DNA of 64,000 nucleotides from Myxococcota bacterium (GCA_036229005.1 JAZAMN010000071.1:64001-128000); one strand, 5' to 3'. Shown: positions 18,830 through 28,956, counted from the first letter of the stretch. Program-made: numbers and translations. Notes: a model not told the origin generated them from the sequence alone.

Positions 18830-20023
18830 TCAGCGCGCCACCGCCTCCACCGCCGCCAGCACGTCCTTGGCCGGCACGACCTCCTTGAAGGCCACGACCT
18901 GCCCGGAGAAGGCGCCCAGCCCCTCCTTGGCGCCCTCCATCTTGGTGGACACCGCCAGCACCAGGTTGCCCGGCCCGTGCTTGGCCACCGCCTGCAGGTG
19001 CTTCTTCAACCACGCCTTGCGCCAGAAGCCCAGGATCTCCAGGTGCGCCACGCGCCCATCCTTGGAGAGCCGGTAGCTCGGCGCCAGCACGGCCTGCCCG
19101 CCCAAATGCACCAGCTCCACGCTGCGCTCCAGGGTCCAGTCGCTGCCCAGCCGCTCCCAGCGCTCCTCGAACCACTGCTCGGTGCGCGTCCGGTAGCCGC
19201 CCTGATCGCGGTAGTGGGACACCAGCCCAAGCTCGCTGGACAGGGTCATGGTCTTGCGCAGCCGCCGCGTGCCCCAGCGCAGCATGGCCGTGGCCTCCCA
19301 GTCGCCGGGCTGAAGCAGCAGCGCCGGGAAGAAGTTCGCCAGCGCCATCCCATAGCGCGTGGACTGCCGCAGCAGGCTGGTCGGGCCGTCCAGGGTGAGC
19401 CTCAGATCCCCCTTGTCCATCTTGGCGCGGTGCATGAGCTGGTGGAACCGCACCGCCCGCAGAAGCTGCCGGACCCGCTCGGGCGCCGGCTTGCTCAGGA
19501 TCAGCTCCATCGACTCGCAGCGCAGCAGGCAGGCCTGGACCAGCGCCACGTTGTAGCGGTGCAGCAGCCAGTCCGCGTCCGGGACCTTGAGCGACAGGAT
19601 CTGCTGCTCCTCCTTGCGGTCGGCAAAGAGGGAGGAGCGGATCTCAGCCACCGAGCACCCCAGCTCACCGGCCAACTCCTCGTATGCCCGCGCAGCCTCA
19701 GCACGTCCTGGCGCCTGCGAGGTGCGGCTGAACAGCTTGCTCCGCAGCTCCTTGGGATCCAGCGGCGCCTGGGTCGCGAACTCAGCGCGGTCCTCCAGGA
19801 TGCGCGCCAGCCCGCGGGTCAGCTTGTGGTCCGTCCCATCGCCGATGACCTCGCCCACCGCATCGTCCAGCTCACCGCGCGAGAGGCTCTGGGCCACCCC
19901 GCGCTCGTAGAGCTCCAAGAGCTCCTGGGCGCGCTCCTGCAGCGAGGGCTTGTCCGCCTTGATCAAGCTGGGGGACAGGTCCTTCTGTTGGACGCGGACA
20001 CGGAGGAGGTCGCCGGTGAGCAT
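18830..20023 (-). CDS. DUF790 family restriction-endonuclease-like nuclease (Bax1-like)
   Basis: MLTGDLLR start, LLHRYNVALVQACL, LDGPTSL..STRYG..LA.F.PAL and LEILGFW motifs. Confidence 0.85.
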   Translation of the reverse strand: MLTGDLLRVRVQQKDLSPSLIKADKPSLQERAQELLELYERGVAQSLSRGELDDAVGEVIGDGTDHKLTRGLARILEDRAEFATQAPLDPKELRSKLFSRTSQAPGRAEAARAYEELAGELGCSVAEIRSSLFADRKEEQQILSLKVPDADWLLHRYNVALVQACLLRCESMELILSKPAPERVRQLLRAVRFHQLMHRAKMDKGDLRLTLDGPTSLLRQSTRYGMALANFFPALLLQPGDWEATAMLRWGTRRLRKTMTLSSELGLVSHYRDQGGYRTRTEQWFEERWERLGSDWTLERSVELVHLGGQAVLAPSYRLSKDGRVAHLEILGFWRKAWLKKHLQAVAKHGPGNLVLAVSTKMEGAKEGLGAFSGQVVAFKEVVPAKDVLAAVEAVAR

Positions 20024-20041
20024 GGGGTGGGGCTATCCGAT

Positions 20042-20650
20042 TCAGGAGCGGCCAACCCGGTCCATGCCCAGCCGCCGCTGCAGCCCGTCGGGCACTGTGT
20101 ACGCCCGCTCCGGCGGCAGCAGCCGCTTGGCCTCCTTGTGCTTGCCCGCATCGCGCAGCGCCCGGATCTTGCGCACCGTCGGCGTCAGATCCCGCAGGTC
20201 CACGATCCAGTCCTCCACCAGGTCGTGGATGCGGTGCCGGCTGATCCCCACCTGGATGCTGCGGTGGGACAGCTTGGCCCCCGCCAGGCTGCGCTCGGGG
20301 TCCCACTGCACGTGCACCGTCGCCTGCGAGAAGGCCTGCTCCCAGGCCGTCCGCGTGCCGTGCACCTGGGGCTCGAAGGCCGTCAGCACCGCCTCGGACA
20401 GCGCCTGCTCCCACCCACTGCGCCGCAGCCGCAGCGCCAGGATGCGCTCCTGCCCCCGCTTGGTCCCCCAGTTGGAGCGGGCCATCAGCCACAGGAAGCT
20501 CGGCTTGATCCAGGTCATCCGCGTCATCGAGAAGGGCGGCACAAAGCGCCCCGCCGCCAGCGCCGGATCCGCGATGGCGTCGGAGTAGGCCTGGTAGACG
20601 ACCAGGGTGTCGCGGGTGTGGTCGGCGCGGATGGCGCGGTGGGCGGGCAT
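20042..20650 (-). CDS. DUF4291 family protein
   Basis: [32 protein letters not shown] and RSIQVG motifs. Confidence 0.9.
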   Translation of the reverse strand: MPAHRAIRADHTRDTLVVYQAYSDAIADPALAAGRFVPPFSMTRMTWIKPSFLWLMARSNWGTKRGQERILALRLRRSGWEQALSEAVLTAFEPQVHGTRTAWEQAFSQATVHVQWDPERSLAGAKLSHRSIQVGISRHRIHDLVEDWIVDLRDLTPTVRKIRALRDAGKHKEAKRLLPPERAYTVPDGLQRRLGMDRVGRS

Positions 20651-20702
20651 GCGGGGTGTGTAGGCACGGGGGACGGGGCGGCTACCGCTCTTCCCGCATC
20701 GA

Positions 20703-22328
20703 TCACTCCGGGACGCAGCCAGGGTAGATCACAGCTTGGTCGGCGGGTTGGTCCAGGCAGGCGTTCCGCTCTACGAGCAGATCGGTCGGCGGCCCCCCAA
20801 CAGCATCCGACCAGTGCCCATAGACGAACCCGCTCGCCCCTCCCTCACACTCCCTGGCCGTGTTGAAGGTCGCGACGGAATCCCAGCCATCCTCAGACAC
20901 CCCAAGCTCGGGGTAGCTCCAGGCCTCAGCAGCCCCGAAGCCGCCGGAAGACCCCCGAAAGAGAGTGAGCTCCCCCAGCGGGGACGCGACGCACTGATTC
21001 ACCGTCACCATGATGTCGGTCGCGCCGTCCCCGGTGAAGTCCCTCAGGGTGTAGCTGAACCGGCCCGTGCTGCCGTCCAGGCAGGAATGCGCCGTCCCCC
21101 GGTTCGGGTAGATCCAGGGCGTGGCGCTCGGGCTGGCGCCCACATCGGGCATCGTCCAGTCCACCGCGCTTCCGTAGCCGCTGCCGGTCCCGGGGTAGAC
21201 GCGGACCTCGGCGGAGTCCAAACCGGAGCAGGTGTTCTTGGCCACCACCAGATCGACGATCCCGTCTGCGGTCACATCCTCACTCAGGATGCACCGGGCG
21301 GATCCCTCTACACCTGACTCACAGGTCCCCGAGGATGGACAGCTCCAGTAGCCGCGCTGGTGCTGAAAGGACAGCGACGGCATCGCCCAGTCCTGCCCCG
21401 TCGAGAAGCCGCTGCCGCTCCCGACGAAGACCCGGATCGAGTCCTCGCCCAGAGTCCCGCAGTCGTTCCGACTGACCCGGATGTCCGGGATCCCGTCCCC
21501 CGTGAGGTCCAGCACCTCGTAATCGACCGTCCCCTGCTCGCCGGAGTCGCACACGAAGCCGAGTGCGGAGAGCTGCTCACCCAGGCTGTTCCAGGGCGTT
21601 CCATCCACACCGAGGTCCGGCATCGCCCAGGTCTCCGCCGAGCCGAAGCCGGAGCCGTCCCCCGGATACACACGGATGGCGTCCTCACCGACCGGGTCAC
21701 AGCCGTTCTCGGTGACCACAAAGTCCAGCACGCCGTCCCCGGTCAGGTCGACGAAGCCATAGCTCAGCACACCGCTCCCGCCGGACAAGCAGCTCCACTC
21801 GATGGTCTCCTGGCCGACGGACCACTTCCACTCGACCCTTTGATGCGGGATGGCCCAGGTCTCCCGGGCCCCAAACGCCCCATCCGACTGTCGGTAGACG
21901 AACAGTCCATCCTCCGGCACCGGGTCGCAACTGTTCTCCTCCACAACCAGCTCCACAGCCCCGTCTGCGTCCAGGTCCAGCCAGTCCAACCGAACGTACC
22001 CGGAGCTTCCCGAGGCACACTCCACGAACCCACCCTCCGAGCTCCAGGCCACGGCCCCGGAAGCCAACCCGAGCTCCGGCAGATCGAGCTCGATCCGCTC
22101 CCCGGTGAACCCCAACTCCGTGCACTCGACATCGGTGTCCGCGTCGGTATCGGTGTCGCTGTCACTGTCGCCGTCTGCGTCTCCATCCCCATCGGAGTCG
22201 GCGTCACTGTCTGTGTCCGCGTCCCCCTCCTCAACCCGGCCATCTGCCGAGTCCTCCTCGCCGGCACCAAGCGAGCCGCCCGACCAGATCCGGCAAGCAG
22301 CGAGCAGAAGAAGCAGATGAAGCGACAC
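20703..22328 (-). CDS. Lipoprotein with DADTD linker and FG-GAP/VCBS-like Ca-binding repeats
   Basis: LAAC lipobox; ~5-6 repeats of D(L/V/F)TGDGxxDxxV..N.C..RV(Y/F)xGxGSG(F/Y)...W; more A/T-ending codons than neighbours. Confidence 0.75.
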   Translation of the reverse strand: MSLHLLLLLAACRIWSGGSLGAGEEDSADGRVEEGDADTDSDADSDGDGDADGDSDSDTDTDADTDVECTELGFTGERIELDLPELGLASGAVAWSSEGGFVECASGSSGYVRLDWLDLDADGAVELVVEENSCDPVPEDGLFVYRQSDGAFGARETWAIPHQRVEWKWSVGQETIEWSCLSGGSGVLSYGFVDLTGDGVLDFVVTENGCDPVGEDAIRVYPGDGSGFGSAETWAMPDLGVDGTPWNSLGEQLSALGFVCDSGEQGTVDYEVLDLTGDGIPDIRVSRNDCGTLGEDSIRVFVGSGSGFSTGQDWAMPSLSFQHQRGYWSCPSSGTCESGVEGSARCILSEDVTADGIVDLVVAKNTCSGLDSAEVRVYPGTGSGYGSAVDWTMPDVGASPSATPWIYPNRGTAHSCLDGSTGRFSYTLRDFTGDGATDIMVTVNQCVASPLGELTLFRGSSGGFGAAEAWSYPELGVSEDGWDSVATFNTARECEGGASGFVYGHWSDAVGGPPTDLLVERNACLDQPADQAVIYPGCVPE

Positions 22329-22357
22329 TGGACCCCCAGTCTTCGAAGTGCCTCAGT

Positions 22358-23722
22358 CTACCCCTCGCTCATCGCCTCATGCTCATTCCGCCGCTCACTG
22401 GCGCGCTCCTCGCTGGTGCCGAGCGACACCACCTCGTAGAGCACGGCCTGCTTGCCCTCCTTGGGGCGCAGGATTCGGCCCAGGCGCTGGACGTGCTCGC
22501 GGACCGTGCTGGTGCCCGACAACACCACCCCGACCTCGGCTGCGGGAATATCCACGCCCTCATTGAGCACACGGGAGGTGACCACGGCGGTGTACCTGCC
22601 CTCTCCGAAGCCCTCCAGAACCTCCCTCCTCTCCGCGGCCCCGGTCTGGTGGGTGATGCAGGGGATGCCGAAGTCGCGGCTGATGGTGTAGACGGTGGCG
22701 TTGTCGTTGGTGAACACGATGCAGCGCTGGCCCCGGTGCTCGGCCAGGATCTCGTCCAGCGCGTCGAGCTTGGCGCCGGTGGCGTGCATGAGGCGGCGGG
22801 ACTCCAGGTGGGCCTTGAAGGCGGCCCGGCCGGCCTTGGAGCGGGCGGCCTCGCGCAGGAAGTGCCCCCAGCCCGACTGGCCCCCGAGTCGGATGCCCCG
22901 CGAGGCGATGAAGCCCCGGAAGGTGGCCCGGCACTCCAGGTAGCGCTGGTGCTCCTGGTCGGTGAGGCAGACGCCGATGCGCTCGATGCGGTAGTCGGCG
23001 AGCACGCGGCCGCTCAGCTCGGAGATCGACTTCTCGTAGACGCGGGGCCCGACCAGGCGGTCCAGGCGCTCGTGCAGGCCGTCGGGGCGCTCGATGGTGG
23101 CGCTCAGCCCCAGGCGGAAGGGGGCCAGCATGAGCTCGGCGATCTGGGCATAGGCGTCGGCGGGGAGGTGGTGGACCTCGTCAAAGACGACCAGCCCGAA
23201 GCGGTCCCCGTAGCGCTCCATGTGCAGGTACGCGGAGTCGTAGGTGGAGACCGTGATGGGCCCCAGCTCGTGCTGCCCGCCACCCAGCACGCCGATGGGC
23301 CCGCCGAACGCCGCCTGCAGGTTCATCGCCCACTGGTTGACCAGGTCGATGGTCGGCGCGACCACCAGGGTCGGCCGCTGACAGGCCGCGATGCACAGCT
23401 CCGCGACGAAGGACTTGCCCGAGCCCGTAGGCAGCGAGACCACCCCGCGTCGACCCGCCTGCTGCCAGGCCTGGAGCGCCCCCGCCTGGTAGTCCCGGGG
23501 GGTCTTGGGGGTGTCGTGTGTCAGGGGCAGCGTGTCCCACCCCTTGGCCTGATCGGCGTAGCGCACCTTTGAGCGATGCAGCCCCAAGACGAGGTCATGG
23601 TAGGCCTGCGCAGGCCCTCGCAGCCGCTGCACCCGCCCGTCCCAGACGAACTCCGGCGGCGCGTCGTCGCGGGGGACGCCGTCGAGAAGGAGGGTGCCGC
23701 GGTCGAAGCGGAGGGTGATCAT
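22358..23722 (-). CDS. XPB/Rad25-like superfamily 2 DEAH-type helicase
   Basis: PRDYQ, LPTGSGKS, DEVHH, LSAT, VLNEGVDIP and QRLGRILR motifs; start re-placed at MITLRFDRGTL. Confidence 0.9.
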   Translation of the reverse strand: MITLRFDRGTLLLDGVPRDDAPPEFVWDGRVQRLRGPAQAYHDLVLGLHRSKVRYADQAKGWDTLPLTHDTPKTPRDYQAGALQAWQQAGRRGVVSLPTGSGKSFVAELCIAACQRPTLVVAPTIDLVNQWAMNLQAAFGGPIGVLGGGQHELGPITVSTYDSAYLHMERYGDRFGLVVFDEVHHLPADAYAQIAELMLAPFRLGLSATIERPDGLHERLDRLVGPRVYEKSISELSGRVLADYRIERIGVCLTDQEHQRYLECRATFRGFIASRGIRLGGQSGWGHFLREAARSKAGRAAFKAHLESRRLMHATGAKLDALDEILAEHRGQRCIVFTNDNATVYTISRDFGIPCITHQTGAAERREVLEGFGEGRYTAVVTSRVLNEGVDIPAAEVGVVLSGTSTVREHVQRLGRILRPKEGKQAVLYEVVSLGTSEERASERRNEHEAMSEG

Positions 23723-23762
23723 GGACAGGAGGTAGCCGATCGACGGGGGGAGGGCAGGTCCG

Positions 23763-24049
23763 GAGCGGGCATCCGCAGGTGAACGCCCGCCATCCAGGGG
23801 CATCCCCCCCTGAACGCCCGGCTCTCGGGGGCATCCCGCCCTGAACGCCCGGCTCTCGGGGGCATCCCACCCTGAACGCCCGGAATCGGGGCCCAGAGCG
23901 CGCGCTCACCCCCAAATCCCCATCAAAACCGGGCATTCGGCCCCGAATTCCCCGAATCAGCGGGCGTTCGACCCTGGATGCCCCGAATCCGCGGGCGTTC
24001 GACCCCGGATGCCCTGAATCAGCGGGCGTTCGACCCCGGATGTCCGCCC
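23763..24049. repeat. Element E2: 4x31-bp array + spacer + 3-4x31-bp inverted array, overlapping the LysR 3' end
   Basis: TGAACGCCC at 23780/23811/23842/23873; CGGGCGTTC at 23961/23992/24023 (degenerate copy at 23930); outer inverted ends GAGCGGGCATCCG / CGGATGTCCGCCC. Confidence 0.92.
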
Positions 24050-24918
24050 AGCCGCTCCACCAACGCCCCCCGCAGCCGCTCCCCCACCGGGCCCAGCGGC
24101 CGATCTTCGCGCCAGCACAGGCTCAGGGGGAAGCGCTTGGGGCCCACCCCCGCCAGCTCCACCAGGCGCCTGGCCTCCAGCTCGCTCCGCACCAGATGCT
24201 GCGGCATCCAGCCCAGCCCCAGCCCGCGCACCAGGCCCTCGCGCTTGGCGGCGAAGTCCCCCACATAGAAGACCCGAGCGCCGGGGTTCAGGTTGGTGTC
24301 GCGGCTCCAGGTCTCCGGGTCGGAGTCGTGGACGGAGAGCTCCAGGTGGTGGGCGAGCTCGCTGGGAGACAGCGGAGCCTGGGCCACGGCGGGGTGCTCG
24401 GGGCAGGCCATCAGGCGGAAGTCCAGCTCCTGCAGAGGAACGACCTGCCAGCCCGGCCCGCTCACGGGGACCAGGGAGAGCATGAGGTCAGCGCCCAGCT
24501 CGTCAAAGCGGACGGGCACACCGCCCAGGTACTCGGTGCGGAGCTGGATGTGGGTGGGCAGGTCCTCGGCGCCCAGGGCATCGAGGGCCTCCAGCAGCGG
24601 GGCCATGGGGACCGCGCCGTCCACGACGACCTGCAGACGGGGCTCGAAGCCCTGGCCCAGGCGCGCGCCCAGAGCCTCCATGCGCCGGGCTCTGGACAGC
24701 AGCAGACGTGCCTCACCCAAGATCACCCGTCCTGCCGATGTGAGCTGTGCCCGGTGGCCCGAGCGGTCGAACAACGCGACCCCGAGCGCACCCTCGAGCT
24801 GCTTGACGTTGTAGCTGACGGCCGACTGGACCTTGCCCAGACGCCGCGCCGCCGCCGAGAAGCTGCCCGCCTCCGCAATGGCCACCAGGGCCTGCGCGCC
24901 CTCCAGGGTCACATCCAT
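24019..24918 (-). CDS. LysR family transcriptional regulator, divergent from hmgA-hppD
   Basis: GSFSAAARRLGKVQSAVSYNVKQLEGALGVALFDR HTH; C-terminal substrate-binding domain. Confidence 0.93.
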   Translation of the reverse strand: MDVTLEGAQALVAIAEAGSFSAAARRLGKVQSAVSYNVKQLEGALGVALFDRSGHRAQLTSAGRVILGEARLLLSRARRMEALGARLGQGFEPRLQVVVDGAVPMAPLLEALDALGAEDLPTHIQLRTEYLGGVPVRFDELGADLMLSLVPVSGPGWQVVPLQELDFRLMACPEHPAVAQAPLSPSELAHHLELSVHDSDPETWSRDTNLNPGARVFYVGDFAAKREGLVRGLGLGWMPQHLVRSELEARRLVELAGVGPKRFPLSLCWREDRPLGPVGERLRGALVERLGGHPGSNAR

Positions 24919-24920
24919 CT

Positions 24921-24946
24921 ATTTTCCTGATTGAGTCCAGCAGAAT
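24921..24946. promoter_or_regulatory. Candidate LysR operator (imperfect AT-rich palindrome)
   Basis: ATTTTCCTGA-TTGAG-TCCAGCAGAAT immediately upstream of the LysR start, in the divergent intergenic gap. Confidence 0.35.
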
Positions 24947-25000
24947 GTATCGCTTTTCATCAGGAGGCGGGGGGCGTATTGCAGGGGTCCTGGAGGCCCC

Positions 25001-26101
25001 ATGTACTTCTCCCAAGGGCGCGTCACGCGGCAGGCCCACGTGGACATCCCCGATGGCACGGTCGAAGAGGAATACGCCCGCAAGGGCTTCTTTGGCCGCA
25101 CCAGCCACATCTACCGCTCCAAGCCCCCCGTGGACTGGGTCAAGATCGACGGCCCCCTGCGCCCCCACGCGCTGATGACCGACAAGCTCCCCGGCGTCGG
25201 CGGCGACTGGCTCAGCGGCCGCGTCCCCTTCCTCTACAACGACGAGGTCGTGCTGGCCTGGGCGGAGCTCTCCGAGCCCATGCCCTACTACTTCCGGAAC
25301 GCCGACGGCGACGAGGTCCTGTTCATCCACCGCGGCGCCGGCCGCCTGGAGACCGACTTCGGCAACCTGGAGTACGAGAAGGGCGACTACCTGGTGATCC
25401 CGCGGGGGACGGTCTACCGCCTGGACCCCTCGGCCCTCACCAAGGTCCTGGTCATCGTGTCCCGAGACGAGGTGCGGATCCCCGACCGCGGCATCGCTGG
25501 CGCCCACGCGCTCTTCGACCCCAATGTCCTCGACGTGCCCAAGCTGGGTCCGGTGCCTGAGCCGGATCGGTCCTGGGAGTTGAAGATCCAGCGTCTGGGG
25601 CAGATCACCACCCTCACCTACCCCCACAACCCCATCACGACCGTGGGCTGGCGGGGGGACCTGACGGTGTGGCGCTTGAACGTTCGCGACATCCGCCCGA
25701 TGATGAGCGAGCGCTACCACCTGCCGCCGACCGCGCACATCACCTGGATCATGGACAGCGTCGTGATCTGCAGCTTCCTGCCGCGCGGCCTGGAGACTGG
25801 GGACCCGGGCGCCCTCAAGGTGCCCTTCTTCCACTCGAACATCGACTTTGACGAGGTGCTCTTCTACCACGACGGCAGCTTCTTCTCGCGCGAGGGGATC
25901 GACGCCGGGATGGTGACCTTCCACCCCCAGGGCATCCACCACGGCCCCCAGCCGGGTGCGGTCAAGGCTGCAGTGGATAAGGAGCGCACCGACGAGCAGG
26001 CCGTGATGGTCGACACCCGACACCCCTTGCACCTGACCGAGGCCGGAGAGCTCGCTGAGCGCCCGGACTACTGGCAATCCTGGATGGAGAACAGAAAGTG
26101 A
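25001..26101 (+). CDS. hmgA: Homogentisate 1,2-dioxygenase
   Basis: FRNADGDEVLFIH, PFFHSNIDFDEVLFYH and HPQGIHHGPQP motifs; adjacent to hppD. Confidence 0.93.
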   Translation: MYFSQGRVTRQAHVDIPDGTVEEEYARKGFFGRTSHIYRSKPPVDWVKIDGPLRPHALMTDKLPGVGGDWLSGRVPFLYNDEVVLAWAELSEPMPYYFRNADGDEVLFIHRGAGRLETDFGNLEYEKGDYLVIPRGTVYRLDPSALTKVLVIVSRDEVRIPDRGIAGAHALFDPNVLDVPKLGPVPEPDRSWELKIQRLGQITTLTYPHNPITTVGWRGDLTVWRLNVRDIRPMMSERYHLPPTAHITWIMDSVVICSFLPRGLETGDPGALKVPFFHSNIDFDEVLFYHDGSFFSREGIDAGMVTFHPQGIHHGPQPGAVKAAVDKERTDEQAVMVDTRHPLHLTEAGELAERPDYWQSWMENRK

Positions 26102-27147
26102 GCGAGCTGTACACCGAGAGCAACCCCCTGGGCATGCTGGGCATCGACTTCATCGAGTTCACCAGCCCCGACCCCAAGTGGCTGGACGAGCTGTGGACCG
26201 CCTTCGGCTTCTCCCGCATTCTGCAGTCCGAGGACGGCAAGCTGGAGGCCTACGCCCAGAACGACATCCAGATCCTGGTCAACCAGCGCGACGGCGAGTT
26301 CACCGCCGAGTTCCGCAAGGCACACGGCCCCAGCTGCTCGGCCATGGGCTGGCGCGTCCAGGACCCCCAGCGCTCCTTTGACGAGGCCCTCAAGCGCGGC
26401 GCCAAGAGCGCCATGGACGTCAAGCGCGCCTTCGGCGATGTCCCCGCCATCTACGGCATCGGCGAGAGCCTGATCTACTTCATCGGCCCCGACGACGCGG
26501 CCGGCGGGCTGTTCAAGCGCACCCTCAAGCCCCACGACGACCCCCGCCTGGTGCCGGAGAAGGGCTTTTTGGCCGTCGACCACCTGACCAACAACGTCTA
26601 CAAGGGGACCATGGCCAAGTGGTCGGACTTCTACAAGGACGTGTTCGGCTTCACCGAGGTCCGCTACTTCGACATCCGCGGCGCCAAGACCGGCCTGACC
26701 AGCTACGCGCTGCGCAGCCCCGACGGCAGCTTCTGCATCCCCATCAACGAGGGCACCGAGGCCGCCTCCCAGATCGACGAGTACCTGCGCGAGTACAAGG
26801 GCCCGGGCGTGCAGCACATCGCCTTCCTGACCCGCGACCTGCTGGCCAGCCTGGACACGATGGAGGGCGGCCCCATCCAGACCCTGGACATCGACGACGA
26901 GTACTACGCCGAGGTCTTCGACCGGGTGCCCGGAGTCCGCGAGAACCCCGCCCGCATCAAGCACCACAACGTGCTCGTGGACGGGGACGAGGAGGGCTAC
27001 CTGCTGCAGATCTTCACGAAGAACCTCATCGGGCCCATCTTCATCGAGATGATCCAGCGCGAGAACCACCTGGCCTTCGGCGAGGGCAACTTCGGCGCGC
27101 TGTTCCGCAGCATCGAGCGCGACCAGGAGCGCCGCGGCGTCCTCTGA
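26098..27147 (+). CDS. hppD: 4-hydroxyphenylpyruvate dioxygenase
   Basis: DHLTNNV, IPINE, GVQHIAF, LLQIFT, FIEMIQR and FGEGNFGALF motifs. Confidence 0.96.
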   Translation: MSELYTESNPLGMLGIDFIEFTSPDPKWLDELWTAFGFSRILQSEDGKLEAYAQNDIQILVNQRDGEFTAEFRKAHGPSCSAMGWRVQDPQRSFDEALKRGAKSAMDVKRAFGDVPAIYGIGESLIYFIGPDDAAGGLFKRTLKPHDDPRLVPEKGFLAVDHLTNNVYKGTMAKWSDFYKDVFGFTEVRYFDIRGAKTGLTSYALRSPDGSFCIPINEGTEAASQIDEYLREYKGPGVQHIAFLTRDLLASLDTMEGGPIQTLDIDDEYYAEVFDRVPGVRENPARIKHHNVLVDGDEEGYLLQIFTKNLIGPIFIEMIQRENHLAFGEGNFGALFRSIERDQERRGVL

Positions 27148-27164
27148 GCCTGAACGCGTGACCG

Positions 27165-27203
27165 AACGGCCCGCTCCAGGGAGACCTGGGGTGGGCCGTT
27201 TTC
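27165..27203 (+). terminator. Intrinsic terminator of hmgA-hppD
   Basis: AACGGCCCGCTCCAGG-GAGA-CCTGGGGTGGGCCGTT followed by TT. Confidence 0.8.
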
Positions 27204-27231
27204 GCTCTGCCCCCTTGCCGCGAGCGAGCGT

Positions 27232-27488
27232 GGCTACGGGACCTGAATGAGCGACCCGCCGAGGCTACGGGACCTGAATGAGCGGCCTGTGGAGGCTACG
27301 CCCCACCGGTGAGCGATCGGCTCACCGATCCCGCCCGAAAAGGGCCAGAATCGCCCGATTCGGGCCCAAAACCCCCGGAAACCCCTCCGAACGGTCTCCG
27401 ATTCGCTCACTGAGTCCCCGTAGCCTCGAGGAACCGCTCACTCACCCCTCGTAGCCTCACCCCATCGCTCATTCACAGCCGGTAGCCC
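27232..27488. repeat. Element E3: 3x31-bp array + A-tract-phased spacer + 3x31-bp inverted array, last unit inside the downstream CDS
   Basis: GGCTACG at 27232/27263/27294; CGCTCA at 27404/27435/27466 and GTAGCC at 27420/27451/27482. Confidence 0.9.
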
Positions 27489-28410
27489 CCCAGCAGCCCT
27501 CCCCGTCCTCCACCAGCTCCGGCACGCTCGTCCACACCACGTTGCCCTGCTCCACGTGGTGGTCGATCTCCCCCAGCCACTGGGAGAGCAGCCCTCGGTG
27601 GGGCGTCTGCCCGTAGGACCACACGATGCCCAAGTGGTTGGGCTGTCCGGGCTGCGCGTGCTCCATCGCGGCGGCCAGGGTGTAGCGGAAGGCCTCCAGA
27701 TCGGCCTCGTTGAAGTCGCAGGCGCCGGCGGTTTCGTCCTCGCGGAGCTGCTCGTCCAGGCAGCTCAGGTTGCCGGCGGCGGGCAGGATCCACAACCCTT
27801 CGTCCGCCGGTTCCAGCCAGGTGCCACCATCCGCCGCCCGCCAGGGGTCGAGCTGCTCGGCGATGTGCCCCGGGAAGGGCCGATGGCACTCCGAAGGGGT
27901 GGTGCACGCGTCGATGTACGGCGGCGGCGACTCCAGCGACTTGAGGCAGTACTCGACGGTGTCCGTGGCCGCCAAAAAGCCCGCCTCCTGCACCCCGGAG
28001 ACCCAGTCCAGCTCCGAGCACACCCCGGAGACATGCACCGCATCGACCCCCTGAGCGGCCAGGGCCTCCCGCAGGCGCACCAGGTCGCCCACGAACTCCT
28101 CCTCCGTCAGGTCGGGCTGCCCGCCCCGGTCCGCGTGGATCCCGATGGCGTGCCCCTGCTCCTGCAGCTCCAGCAGCACCGGGTCCTCCCAGCGCGTCAT
28201 CGCCCCGATCAGGTCCTTCGCGTCCAGGGTCAGCACCGCGCCGTGCGCCGCGAACTGCTCGCCCGTCAGCCGCAGGTTGTGGGCCTGCGTCTCGAAGGCC
28301 TCCTGGTCCGTCAGGACCGGGATCCCCTCCAGGTGCATCGCCAGCGTGAGCTTCACCACCGGCTCCGTCCCTCGCCTCGCGGGCGCGCAAGCCAACAGCA
28401 GCCAGATCAA
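27469..28410 (-). CDS. Lipoprotein, polysaccharide deacetylase-like (beta/alpha barrel)
   Basis: LLAC lipobox, GGAGG RBS; MHLEG and GHAIGIHAD metal-site-like motifs. Confidence 0.6.
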   Translation of the reverse strand: MIWLLLACAPARRGTEPVVKLTLAMHLEGIPVLTDQEAFETQAHNLRLTGEQFAAHGAVLTLDAKDLIGAMTRWEDPVLLELQEQGHAIGIHADRGGQPDLTEEEFVGDLVRLREALAAQGVDAVHVSGVCSELDWVSGVQEAGFLAATDTVEYCLKSLESPPPYIDACTTPSECHRPFPGHIAEQLDPWRAADGGTWLEPADEGLWILPAAGNLSCLDEQLREDETAGACDFNEADLEAFRYTLAAAMEHAQPGQPNHLGIVWSYGQTPHRGLLSQWLGEIDHHVEQGNVVWTSVPELVEDGEGCWGATGCE

Positions 28411-28506
28411 GGGACCCTCCAGGTCAGCCCCGCCAGTCTCTCACGCCGGCCCAACAAGCCTGTCGGATAATGAAGGGGACGTTTTGGCCCTTGGGGGGAC
28501 AGCACC

Positions 28507-28956
28507 ATGACCAACCCACTCCACACTCGCGCACCCGCCGCTGGCGTACTCGCCGCCCTCGCCCTCGCCTGTGGCGCACCGGAGCTCAAGCGCGCCGGGC
28601 CCTTCCCCCCCGACGACGCCCACGCCTTCGAGATCGCCCACACCACGCTCCCAGTCGACGCAACCGGGATCCGCTACGAGGGCTCGCAAGGCATCGACTG
28701 GGTGCTGGAGCTGGAGTTCCGACTGCCAAGCCCGGAGCGCGCGCGAGCCTGGGTGGGGCAGGACCTGTGCACGCCAAACCCTGTGGCCACAGACTTCGCA
28801 CACACGAGCGTCTCGACCTCCCCCGACTGGTTCGGCGAACCCCTCCCCGACGGCTGGGGCTGCACCTTCGGAGAGCGCCCAGGGTTCTGGGGAACCGCCC
28901 GGATCGACACCCTGGACAGCGGAGAGGCGCGCATCCAGCTCTCCCTGGTCGACTGA
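28507..28956 (+). CDS. Small lipoprotein, paralog family A copy 1 (candidate immunity protein)
   Basis: LALAC lipobox; GPFP.DDAHAFEIAH..YEGSQGIDW..C.P..W..C..RID.L..G..R.Q. Confidence 0.75.
   Translation: MTNPLHTRAPAAGVLAALALACGAPELKRAGPFPPDDAHAFEIAHTTLPVDATGIRYEGSQGIDWVLELEFRLPSPERARAWVGQDLCTPNPVATDFAHTSVSTSPDWFGEPLPDGWGCTFGERPGFWGTARIDTLDSGEARIQLSLVD

Noticed and set aside
20703..22328. Atypical-composition lipoprotein gene as a mobile element
   Set aside because: No integrase, transposase or flanking direct repeats seen; at most a horizontally acquired gene.
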